This document shows, piece by piece, positions 9,855 to 18,406 of a stretch of DNA of 64,000 nucleotides. The position numbers and the translations under genes are program-made. Within the stretch, counting starts at the first letter, position 1; each line of letters opens with the position of its first letter. Below the pieces are notes generated by a model. The model was not told the origin of the DNA. It made no database searches and saw nothing but the letters and a program-made list of their open reading frames with translations. The DNA comes from an uncultured Pseudomonadota bacterium (lineage in GTDB: Bacteria; Pseudomonadota; Gammaproteobacteria; Natronospirales; CAVUBB01): positions 11,832 through 75,831 of the forward strand of contig CAVUBB010000006.1 in the NCBI GenBank assembly GCA_963739695.1, read 5' to 3'.

Positions 9855-11870
9855 ATGCCGTCGCGAAGAGAACTGGCCAATGCCATCCGTGCGCTGAGCA
9901 TGGATGCCGTGCAACTCGCCAACTCGGGTCATCCGGGTGCACCCATGGGCATGGCCGATATCGCCGAAGTCCTGTGGAACGATTTCCTCCGTCACAACCC
10001 CGCCAATCCCAAATGGTTCGATCGCGACCGCTTCGTGTTGTCGAACGGGCATGGCTCCATGCTGCTCTATTCCGTGCTGCATCTGAGCGGTTATGCGCTG
10101 CCGATGGATGAGATCAAGCGCTTCCGCCAGTTGCATTCGATGACCCCGGGACACCCCGAATTCGGCTATGCGCCCGGCGTGGAGACCACCACCGGACCGT
10201 TGGGCCAGGGTCTGGGCAATGCCGTGGGCATGGCGATCGCAGAACGCGCGCTGGCGGCCGAGTTCAACCGCCCGGGGCACGAGATCGTCGACCATCACAC
10301 CTATGTGTTCATGGGCGACGGCTGCCTGATGGAAGGCATCTCGCACGAAGCCTGTTCGCTGGCCGGGACTCTCGGTCTGGGCAAGCTGATCTGCATCTAC
10401 GACGACAACGGCATCTCCATCGACGGCGAGGTCAGGGGCTGGTTCGGTGACGATACCGCGGCGCGTTTCGCCGCCTATGGCTGGCACGTGCTGCGCGATG
10501 TCGACGGCCACGATGCCGAAGCCGTGCGTGGCGCGCTCGAGCAAGCCCGCGCCGACAGTACGCGGCCCAGTATCATCTGCTGCCGCACCGTCATCGGCTG
10601 GGGCTCGCCCAACAAGCAGGGCACCGAGAGCAGTCACGGCAGCGCGCTGGGCGAAGAGGAAGTGGCGCTCGCCCGCGAGATGCTCGGCTGGGAGCACCCG
10701 CCGTTCGTGATCCCCGACGAGATCTATTCGGCCTGGGACGCCACCGGGCGCGGCACCGAGCTGGAAGACGGCTGGAATGCGCGTTTCGAGGCCTACCGCG
10801 CTGAATATCCTCAGCTCGCGGAGGAGTTCGTGCGCCGGATGACGGCGCAATTGCCCGAAGGCTGGGACAGCTTTGCACGGGAGATGGTCGATGCGATTCA
10901 GGCCGGGGGCGGCGATATCGCCACACGCAAGGCCTCGCAGAACGCGATCGAGAAGCTTGCGCCGAAGGTTTCCGAGTTCCTCGGCGGCTCCGCCGACCTG
11001 ACCGGTTCCAACCTCACCATGTGGAGCGGCTCAAAGGCATTGGCTCCCGATGTTCCCGGGGGCAATTACATCTACTACGGTGTGCGTGAATTCGGCATGT
11101 CCGCGGCGATGAACGGCATCGCTCTGCACGGCGGCTTCATCCCCTACGGCGGCACCTTCCTCACATTCTCCGACTATGCGCGCAACGCCGTGCGCATGGC
11201 GGCCTTGATGGGGGTGGGGTCGATCTTCGTCTATACCCACGATTCCATCGGCCTGGGCGAGGACGGACCCACGCACCAGTCCATCGAACACGTCGCCAGC
11301 CTGCGCCTTATCCCGGGTCTGAGCGTGTGGCGCCCATGCGATGACGTCGAGACCGCCGTGGCCTGGCAGTTTGCGGTCGAACGTCGCGACGGACCCACGG
11401 CGCTCGCGCTCTCGCGCCAGGGTGTGCCGCACCAGCCGCGTACGCCGGCCCAGGTCGGGGCGATCCGCCGCGGCGGTTATGTCCTTGTCGATTGCGCGGC
11501 CCGGCCCGATGCGATCCTGATCGCGACCGGCTCCGAAGTCGGTCTCGCGGTGGCGGCGGCAGGCAAGCTTGCCGATCGCGGGGTCCAGGTGCGCGTGGTG
11601 TCGATGCCGAGCACCGACGTCTTCGATGCTCAGGACGCAGATTATCGCGAGTCGGTGCTGCCCGCGGCTGTGACTGCGCGCGTCGCGATCGAGGCGGGCG
11701 TAACCGATTGCTGGTGGCGTTACGTCGGTATCCACGGGCGCGTGGTCGGCATCGATCGTTTCGGCGAATCGGCACCGGCGAAGGTTGTTTTCGAGCATTT
11801 CGGTTTCACGGTGGACAACGTGGTCAAGACGACGGAATCCGTCCTCGCGACCCGCTCCGTCACAGGTTGA
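9855..11870 (+). CDS. tkt: Transketolase
   Basis: [50 protein letters not shown] and [12 protein letters not shown] are classic Tkt motifs. ATG 9855 follows GGGAG. Confidence 0.95.
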   Translation: MPSRRELANAIRALSMDAVQLANSGHPGAPMGMADIAEVLWNDFLRHNPANPKWFDRDRFVLSNGHGSMLLYSVLHLSGYALPMDEIKRFRQLHSMTPGHPEFGYAPGVETTTGPLGQGLGNAVGMAIAERALAAEFNRPGHEIVDHHTYVFMGDGCLMEGISHEACSLAGTLGLGKLICIYDDNGISIDGEVRGWFGDDTAARFAAYGWHVLRDVDGHDAEAVRGALEQARADSTRPSIICCRTVIGWGSPNKQGTESSHGSALGEEEVALAREMLGWEHPPFVIPDEIYSAWDATGRGTELEDGWNARFEAYRAEYPQLAEEFVRRMTAQLPEGWDSFAREMVDAIQAGGGDIATRKASQNAIEKLAPKVSEFLGGSADLTGSNLTMWSGSKALAPDVPGGNYIYYGVREFGMSAAMNGIALHGGFIPYGGTFLTFSDYARNAVRMAALMGVGSIFVYTHDSIGLGEDGPTHQSIEHVASLRLIPGLSVWRPCDDVETAVAWQFAVERRDGPTALALSRQGVPHQPRTPAQVGAIRRGGYVLVDCAARPDAILIATGSEVGLAVAAAGKLADRGVQVRVVSMPSTDVFDAQDADYRESVLPAAVTARVAIEAGVTDCWWRYVGIHGRVVGIDRFGESAPAKVVFEHFGFTVDNVVKTTESVLATRSVTG

Positions 11871-11895
11871 ATCTGTTTTCCAGGGAGAGATGAAG

Positions 11896-12906
11896 ATGGC
11901 GATCAAGGTTGCAATCAACGGTTACGGCCGCATCGGCCGCAACATCCTGCGCGCACATTACGAGTCGGGTGCCGGCGGCGATATCCAGATCGTGGCGATC
12001 AACGATCTGGGCGATGCCCAGACCAACGCGCACCTCACGCGCTACGACACCGCCCACGGCAAGTTCCCGGGCGAAGTCCAGGTTGACGGCGGCGATCTGA
12101 TCGTCAACGGCGACCGTATCCGTGTGCTGGCCGAACGCGATCCCGCGAAGCTGCCCTGGGGCGAGATGGGCGTGGATGTCGTGCTCGAATGCACCGGCCT
12201 GTTCGCAAGCAAGGACAAGGCGTCCGCGCATCTTGCGGGCGGCGCCAAGAAGGTCGTGATCTCGGCACCGGCGGGCAAGGATCTGCCCACGGTCGTCTAC
12301 GGCGTCAACCACGGCATCCTCAAGGCTTCCGATACCGTCATCTCCAACGCCTCGTGCACCACCAACTGCCTGGCGCCGCTGGTCAAGCCCCTGCACGATG
12401 CCATCGGCGTGGTGGACGGACTGATGACCACGATCCACGCCTACACCAACGATCAGGTGCTCACCGATGTCTATCACAAGGATCTGCGCCGCGCGCGTTC
12501 CGCCACGATGTCGATGATCCCGACCAAGACCGGCGCCGCCGCGGCAGTGGGTCTGGTGCTGCCCGAACTCGACGGCAAGCTCGACGGCTATGCGATGCGT
12601 GTGCCCACGATCAACGTCTCGATGGTGGATCTCACTTTCACCGCGGCGCGCGACACGAGTATCGAAGAGATCGACGGTCTGCTGAAGAGATCGGCTGAGG
12701 GCGAGCTCAAGGGCGTGCTGGCCTACAACGACCAGCCGCTGGTCTCCATCGATTTCAACCACGATCCGGCATCGAGCACCTACGACGCTTCGCTGACCAA
12801 AGTCATCGGCGGCCGTCTGGTCAAGGTCTGCGCCTGGTACGACAACGAATGGGGCTTCTCCAACCGCATGCTGGATACCACGCGTGCGCTGATGGCCGCG
12901 AAGTAA
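11896..12906 (+). CDS. gap: Glyceraldehyde-3-phosphate dehydrogenase (type I)
   Basis: [16 protein letters not shown] and the [12 protein letters not shown] active site. ATG 11896 lies 6 nt after GGGAGAG. Confidence 0.95.
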   Translation: MAIKVAINGYGRIGRNILRAHYESGAGGDIQIVAINDLGDAQTNAHLTRYDTAHGKFPGEVQVDGGDLIVNGDRIRVLAERDPAKLPWGEMGVDVVLECTGLFASKDKASAHLAGGAKKVVISAPAGKDLPTVVYGVNHGILKASDTVISNASCTTNCLAPLVKPLHDAIGVVDGLMTTIHAYTNDQVLTDVYHKDLRRARSATMSMIPTKTGAAAAVGLVLPELDGKLDGYAMRVPTINVSMVDLTFTAARDTSIEEIDGLLKRSAEGELKGVLAYNDQPLVSIDFNHDPASSTYDASLTKVIGGRLVKVCAWYDNEWGFSNRMLDTTRALMAAK

Positions 12907-13005
12907 AGCGATCCGGCAGGGACAGCCGGCAGGAAGCCGGCCGGGAGCGACGAGATGGACGATAAAGTGACGAGATTGTGTAACCAACGACTCGGAGGTG
13001 GGCCG

Positions 13006-14208
13006 GTGTCCATCCTCAAGATGACTGATCTGGACCTGGCCGGGAAGCGCGTGCTGATCCGCGAGGATCTGAACGTGCCCGTGGCCGACGGCAGGGTGAG
13101 CAGCGATGCACGCATCCGTGCGGCCTTGCCCACCATCCAGGCCGCGCTCGATGCCGGCGCCCGCGTGATGCTGCTCTCGCACCTCGGCAGGCCCACCGAA
13201 GGCGAATACGATCCGCAGTTTTCGCTCACGCCCGTCGCCGAGCGGTTGACCGAACTGCTCGGCCACAAGGTGCGTCTGGAGAGGGAGTGGCTCGACGGCG
13301 TCGAGATCGAGGCCGGCGAGGTCGTGCTTTGCGAGAACGTGCGCTTCAATGCGGGCGAGAAGCAGGATGACGAGGCACTCAGTCGGCGCATGGCCGCGCT
13401 GTGTGACGTGTTCGTGATGGATGCCTTCGGTACCGCGCATCGCGCCCAGGCATCCACCCACGGTGTGGCCCGCTTCGCGCCCATCGCCTGTGCCGGACCG
13501 CTGCTCGCCGGTGAGCTCGAGGCACTGGGCAAGGCGCTGGAGAATCCGGCACGTCCGCTGGTGGCCATCGTCGGCGGGTCCAAGGTCTCGACCAAGCTCA
13601 CGGTTCTGGAGCAGCTGTCCAGGGTCGTCGATCAGCTGATCGTCGGCGGCGGCATCGCCAACACGTTCATCGCCGCAGCCGGTCACTCCGTGGGCAAGTC
13701 GCTCTATGAGGCTGAACTGGTCGATGAGGCCAGGCGTCTGACCGAGGCGGCAAAGGCGCGGGGCGCGGAGATACCCGTGCCCAGCGACGTCGTCGTGGCG
13801 CAGGAGTTTTCCGCCAGCGCGGAAGCCGACGTGCGCGCGGTCGACGATGTCGGGGCCGACGAGATGATCCTCGACATCGGTCCCGATACGGCCGAACGGC
13901 TCGCCAGCTATCTGCGCAAGGCCGGCACCATCGTCTGGAACGGTCCGGTGGGCGTGTTCGAGTTCGATCAGTTCGGTGAAGGCACCAAAGCGCTGGCGAT
14001 GGCTATCGCCGAGAGCCCGGCATTTTCCATCGCGGGCGGCGGCGACACCCTCGCGGCACTCGACAAGTACGGCATCGCCGACCGGATATCCTATATCTCC
14101 ACCGGCGGCGGTGCCTTCCTCGAGTTTCTCGAAGGCAAGGAGCTCCCCGCAGTGGCAATCCTCGAGGCACGCGCGGCAGAGATGCCGCTGATGCAGCAAA
14201 AGGCCTGA
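13006..14208 (+). CDS. pgk: Phosphoglycerate kinase
   Basis: From GTG 13006 the protein reads (M)[25 protein letters not shown], collinear with the E. coli Pgk N-terminus [27 protein letters not shown] lies upstream. [12 protein letters not shown] and [14 protein letters not shown] are also present. Confidence 0.93.
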   Translation: MSILKMTDLDLAGKRVLIREDLNVPVADGRVSSDARIRAALPTIQAALDAGARVMLLSHLGRPTEGEYDPQFSLTPVAERLTELLGHKVRLEREWLDGVEIEAGEVVLCENVRFNAGEKQDDEALSRRMAALCDVFVMDAFGTAHRAQASTHGVARFAPIACAGPLLAGELEALGKALENPARPLVAIVGGSKVSTKLTVLEQLSRVVDQLIVGGGIANTFIAAAGHSVGKSLYEAELVDEARRLTEAAKARGAEIPVPSDVVVAQEFSASAEADVRAVDDVGADEMILDIGPDTAERLASYLRKAGTIVWNGPVGVFEFDQFGEGTKALAMAIAESPAFSIAGGGDTLAALDKYGIADRISYISTGGGAFLEFLEGKELPAVAILEARAAEMPLMQQKA

Positions 14209-14225
14209 ACGGCCGAGGCGGACCC

Positions 14226-15671
14226 ATGCCACGTCGCACCAAGATCATCGCCACCCTCGGTCCCGCGACCGACGACGCCAAAGTACTGGAAGCGATGATC
14301 CGTGCGGGAGTGGACGTCGTGCGTCTCAACTTCTCCCACGGGGCCGCGGCCGATCACATACGCCGGGCGGAACTGGTGCGCCAGTGTGCGGCAGTCGCGG
14401 GCAAGGATGTCGGCATCCTCGCCGATCTCCAAGGCCCGAAGATCCGCATCGACCGCTTCCGCGAAGGCAGCGTCGAACTTGTCGAAGGGGCGCGCTTCAC
14501 CCTCGATGCCAGCCTGGGCCCGAAGGATGGCACGGTGGATGCCGTGGGTATCACCTACAAGGATCTGCCGCATGACGTCGCCGCCGGTGACCGGCTGCTC
14601 CTCAACGATGGTCTGATCGTGCTCGAAGTCGAAGCGGTCGACGGTCCACGCATCGTCTGTCGCGTGGAGCAGGGCGGTGAACTCTCGGATAGCAAGGGCA
14701 TCAACCGCCAGGGCGGTGGTCTGAGTGCGACCGCACTGACCGAAAAGGATCTCGAAGACATCAAGACCGCGGCCGCGCTGGACGTGGATTACCTCGCCGT
14801 GTCTTTCCCGCGCGACGCCAACGACATCGATGCGGCGCGCAAGCTCTTGCGTGAGGCTGGCGGCAAGGCCGGGATCGTGGCCAAGATCGAGCGTACGGAA
14901 GCGGTGGAGAACATCGTTCCCATCATCGCGGCCGCCGACGTGATCATGATCGCGCGCGGCGATCTGGCCGTGGAGATAGGTGATGCCGAACTGCCGGGCG
15001 TGCAGAAGCGCATCATCCACCTTACCCGCGATCTGAACCGCGTGGTGATCACGGCCACGCAGATGATGGAGTCCATGATCTCCAATCCCGTGCCCACGCG
15101 CGCCGAAGTACTCGATGTGGCGAACGCGGTGATGGATGGCACCGATGTGGTGATGCTGTCGGCAGAGACGGCCGCCGGGCGCTATCCGGTGAAGACTGTG
15201 GAAGCCATGGCGCGGGTCTGTCTGGGCGCCGAGCGCCAGCGCATGACCCAACGTTCCAAGCACCGCCTGGACAGCCACTTCGAGCGTATCGACGAGGCCA
15301 TCGCGATGGCCGCCATGTACACGGCCAACCATCTTGACGTGAAAGCCATCGTCGCGCTGACCGAGTCGGGCTCGACGCCACTGTGGATGTCGCGCATCCG
15401 TTCCGGCATCCCCATCTACGCCCTGACTCGCCACGATGCCACGCGGCGCAGGGTGACGATGTACCGGGGCGTGTATCCGGTGCCGTTCGATGTCCTGCAC
15501 ACCAATCCCGATCATGTCCTGCGCGATGCGGCCGAGACCCTGCTCGAGCGTGGCGACGTGAGTACGGGCGACCTGGTGATCGTCACCAAGGGCGATTTCT
15601 CCGGCATCGCCGGTGGTACCAATGGCATGAAGATCCTCCAGCTCGGCGAAGGTCTCGACGCCGCCGGCTAG
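14226..15671 (+). CDS. pyk: Pyruvate kinase
   Basis: 481 aa with RRTKIIATLGPA, VRLNFSHG and MVARGDLAVEIG-type (IMIARGDLAVEIG) motifs. Confidence 0.95.
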   Translation: MPRRTKIIATLGPATDDAKVLEAMIRAGVDVVRLNFSHGAAADHIRRAELVRQCAAVAGKDVGILADLQGPKIRIDRFREGSVELVEGARFTLDASLGPKDGTVDAVGITYKDLPHDVAAGDRLLLNDGLIVLEVEAVDGPRIVCRVEQGGELSDSKGINRQGGGLSATALTEKDLEDIKTAAALDVDYLAVSFPRDANDIDAARKLLREAGGKAGIVAKIERTEAVENIVPIIAAADVIMIARGDLAVEIGDAELPGVQKRIIHLTRDLNRVVITATQMMESMISNPVPTRAEVLDVANAVMDGTDVVMLSAETAAGRYPVKTVEAMARVCLGAERQRMTQRSKHRLDSHFERIDEAIAMAAMYTANHLDVKAIVALTESGSTPLWMSRIRSGIPIYALTRHDATRRRVTMYRGVYPVPFDVLHTNPDHVLRDAAETLLERGDVSTGDLVIVTKGDFSGIAGGTNGMKILQLGEGLDAAG

Positions 15672-16120
15672 GTGGTATAGAGCAAGCCCACGACCTGATA
15701 CATCACCCACGCGACCGGATACGCCGCTGCGATCCAGACACAGCCTCCGACGAGCGTCCTGCGACCGCGAAGTTCGGCCTCTTCCCTGATCAGCAATCGT
15801 GTCTCCTGGCTCACCCACATCCCGGGATAGGGGTATTCGCCCGCACCCAGCGTGCGCCAGCCCTTGTAGGCGCTGGCGGCACCGACGATGGCCATGGCCA
15901 GCGCAGTGGAGATAGCGAGCCGGGAGACGAAGGCGCCTACCGCATCGATCAGAGCGTGGCCGGCAAGTTGGGGAGTGATGCCGTCGAGGTAATCCGAGAT
16001 CCAGTCGAACCACCAGATTCCGACCAGCACGATCATGACTGTGAGCAGGCGGTAGGCGCGACGTCCTGCGGGCGTGGGCTGGACTAGTCTGCGGTCGAAC
16101 AGGCGGCGGGCGCGAGTCAT
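15668..16120 (-). CDS. Hypothetical small membrane protein
   Basis: 150 aa, three hydrophobic helices, and GC3-rich codon usage consistent with real coding. Convergent with pyk and shares the palindromic CTAG stop. Confidence 0.5.
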   Translation of the reverse strand: MTRARRLFDRRLVQPTPAGRRAYRLLTVMIVLVGIWWFDWISDYLDGITPQLAGHALIDAVGAFVSRLAISTALAMAIVGAASAYKGWRTLGAGEYPYPGMWVSQETRLLIREEAELRGRRTLVGGCVWIAAAYPVAWVMYQVVGLLYTT

Positions 16121-16184
16121 GAGGCAATTCCTGATACGGCTCCTGGAGAGTATAGGAAAGACCGGCCGGGCCCGCTGGCTGCTG

Positions 16185-16868
16185 CTAGTAGATGAACGGG
16201 ATCAGCCGGTGAGTGTCCTGCGCCCAGGCGACGAAATCATCGCCGTAGCGCGTGGCCAGGTGCCGGTCGAGCGCCGGGATATGCACGAACACGAAGCCGG
16301 CGAGCATGGCTGCGGGGATGAGCAGACTCCACGCGACACCGGTGAGCAGGGCAAAGCCCGTGAACAGCAGCACTTCGCCGAGATAGTTTATGTGCATCGC
16401 GTAGTGGAACAGGCCGCCGGTGAATAGACGATCACGGTTGGTCGGGTCGCGCTTGAACAGGAAGCGTTCGAGTTCGGCTTCGGTATTGAGCCAGGAACCG
16501 AGGAAGTAGAGGCCCACGGCGGCATAGTCGCTGATGCCGAGGTGGCGCTGGTCGATGCCGCCGACGCCGACGAATACGAGTTCGACGACGACGAGCAGGC
16601 CCGCCACCCCCAGCGCTTCGCTCCAGCCGATGCGACGCCTTATGAACACGAACAGCGCGGTGGTCGAGCGCAACAGATAGAACACCATGAACGAGAGCAG
16701 CAGAAGGCCCCGCATCGGGTCGCCGGGAAGGCGCGCTGAATCCAGCCCGGCCGAGACCCGCTCGATGCCACCGCCGAACAGCAGCCAGGTCGCGATATAG
16801 ACCGTGAGCAGCCGAGCGAGAACCATGACCAGTTTCTGAGCGATCGAAGGCCGATGTTCGCCGTGCAT
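16185..16868 (-). CDS. Membrane methyltransferase-like protein (ICMT/DUF1295 family)
   Basis: 227 aa polytopic protein. The C-terminal block LFTGGLFHYAMHINYLGEVLLFTGFAL resembles the GLY..RHPNYLGE motif of isoprenylcysteine carboxyl/phospholipid methyltransferase-like proteins. Confidence 0.6.
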   Translation of the reverse strand: MHGEHRPSIAQKLVMVLARLLTVYIATWLLFGGGIERVSAGLDSARLPGDPMRGLLLLSFMVFYLLRSTTALFVFIRRRIGWSEALGVAGLLVVVELVFVGVGGIDQRHLGISDYAAVGLYFLGSWLNTEAELERFLFKRDPTNRDRLFTGGLFHYAMHINYLGEVLLFTGFALLTGVAWSLLIPAAMLAGFVFVHIPALDRHLATRYGDDFVAWAQDTHRLIPFIY

Positions 16869-16915
16869 GAGGGCTCCTGTATCGTGACCGGGGCCTGCGG
16901 TGAAGGTCGCGCGGG

Positions 16916-17764
16916 TTAAGCCGGGTCCGTGGCGTGCGTGATGTCGACCAGCTCGATGGCGCCCAGAGGGATGTCTTCACCGAAGAAGGTATGGGCGACA
17001 CGGATGAAGCGTTCGGGACCGTCGGTGACCAGGAAGTGCAGGCCGCCCGACCGTTCTGTGCTGGAGCCGAGCTCGTGCTCGTGGAGCAGGCGCGCGACTT
17101 CGGCCGCGGTGGTGCTCGCGGAGTCGATGATGGTGCGTCCGGGCCCGGCCGCCGCCGCGATCGCGGTCTTGAGAACCGGGAAGTGCGTGCAGCCCAGCAC
17201 CAGCGTGTCGATCTTGTGTTCTGCGTGCAGAGGTGCGAGATAGTGAGCCACGATAGCTTCCGTGAGTGGCCCTTCACGCCAGCCTTCCTCCGCGACTGCG
17301 ACCAGCACCGAGCACGGGACGGCGTGGGTTTCGAGATGTGGCGCGATCTGTGCGATAGCGCGCTGATAGGCGCCGGCCGCTACTGTGGCTTCGGTGGCCA
17401 GGATCGCGAGATGCCCGCTGCGTGTCGCCGCGCAAGCAGCCCTCGCGCCCGGTTCGATCACCCCCACCACGGGCAACGGCGCGAAGGCAGTGCGCAGGGC
17501 CGGCAGGGCGAAGGCGGAAGCTGTGTTGCAGGCCACTACCAGCAGTTTGATGTTTCGGGCCACGAGTGTGGCGGCGGCCTGGCGCGCGTAGCGGATGACC
17601 GATTCGGGGCTCTTGGTGCCATAGGGTACTCGCGCGGTATCGCCCAGATAGAGCAGGTGCTCGTGCGGAAGTGTGGCGTGCAGCGCTTCAAGCACCGTGA
17701 GACCGCCCACGCCGGAGTCGAAGATGCCGATGGCGCGCGCGTCGCCGCCACGATGCTCACTCAT
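16916..17764 (-). CDS. murI: Glutamate racemase
   Basis: 282 aa from ATG 17764. IGIFDSGVGGLTVL, LVVACNTAS and LVLGCTHFP are the two catalytic Cys motifs. The longer ORF-track extension (to 18115) overlaps the upstream gene. Confidence 0.92.
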   Translation of the reverse strand: MSEHRGGDARAIGIFDSGVGGLTVLEALHATLPHEHLLYLGDTARVPYGTKSPESVIRYARQAAATLVARNIKLLVVACNTASAFALPALRTAFAPLPVVGVIEPGARAACAATRSGHLAILATEATVAAGAYQRAIAQIAPHLETHAVPCSVLVAVAEEGWREGPLTEAIVAHYLAPLHAEHKIDTLVLGCTHFPVLKTAIAAAAGPGRTIIDSASTTAAEVARLLHEHELGSSTERSGGLHFLVTDGPERFIRVAHTFFGEDIPLGAIELVDITHATDPA

Positions 17765-18276
17765 GCGTGCAGTGCCCAGTGCCAGGGTTCGTAAAGCAGA
17801 CCGTGCGGGTTGTCGCGCGGATAGGAGAGTCGAAAGCCGAATTCCGTCGCGTTGGCGGACAGCCAGGCGAAGGCCTCGGTGAGCTCGAATTCGGCCTCCA
17901 GCGGGCGGCTTCCCGGCGTGGCCAGGTCCAGTGCGCGACCGCTGTGGTGTTCGCTGAAGCCGGGTGCGGCGTTGACCGCGAGGATCTCCTCGATGGTCAG
18001 GCCGCGCGCGAGCTTGCGCGCGATAAGCTGGTGCTGGTAGTCCACGCTGCGAAAGCCGGATACCAGCTGCAGCACGATGCCGTTGGCCTCCGCCGCGGCG
18101 TACATGCGCGACCATGCCGCCGCTGTCGCTGGATGCAGGTGGAGTTCGCGCCCGAACATGTCGGGACCGACCTCGACCAGTTCCGTGGCCTCACCGACCG
18201 GTTCCAGCGCATGCCTGCGCCCATAATCCGGTGGGATGCCGAGTACTGCGTGGATTTCTGCGATGTCTTTGCTCAT
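17761..18276 (-). CDS. M15-family D-alanyl-D-alanine carboxypeptidase (VanY-like)
   Basis: 171 aa with SGFRSVDYQ, SEHHSGRALD and EPWHW, the zinc-ligand motifs of the M15B/VanY family. The stop overlaps the murI ATG by 4 nt. Confidence 0.8.
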   Translation of the reverse strand: MSKDIAEIHAVLGIPPDYGRRHALEPVGEATELVEVGPDMFGRELHLHPATAAAWSRMYAAAEANGIVLQLVSGFRSVDYQHQLIARKLARGLTIEEILAVNAAPGFSEHHSGRALDLATPGSRPLEAEFELTEAFAWLSANATEFGFRLSYPRDNPHGLLYEPWHWALHA

Positions 18277-18406
18277 GCCCGGAGTTGGCCACGGGTGGAT
18301 GGAGGGCCGTTGGCTCGATGATACCGTGCCGGCTCGCCGGCGGCGACCGCTGCGGTTGGTATGCTAACCTTTTCCCACCCTGTACCGAGGCTCTGGGGGA
18401 TGCGCT

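Noticed and set aside
11860-14232. Very long antisense ORFs: 790 aa here. Similar ones occur at 14091-16127, 18191-20908, 20709-21986, 33239-34444, 36421-37782, 47034-48200, 49148-50434, 50650-52212, 54445-55680 and 58907-60274.
   Set aside because: Each lies exactly opposite a strongly conserved housekeeping gene (gap/pgk, pyk, acylase, adh, murA, petB, ftsI, murE, murF, ftsW, ftsA). Their translations are Arg/His/Gly/Asp/Pro-rich with no motifs. Stop-poor antisense frames are expected at about 65% GC with GC3-rich codons.
17761-18276. VanY-like peptidase as part of a glycopeptide-resistance cluster.
   Set aside because: No vanH/vanA/vanX or vanRS genes are nearby. It is coupled to murI in a core-genome context.
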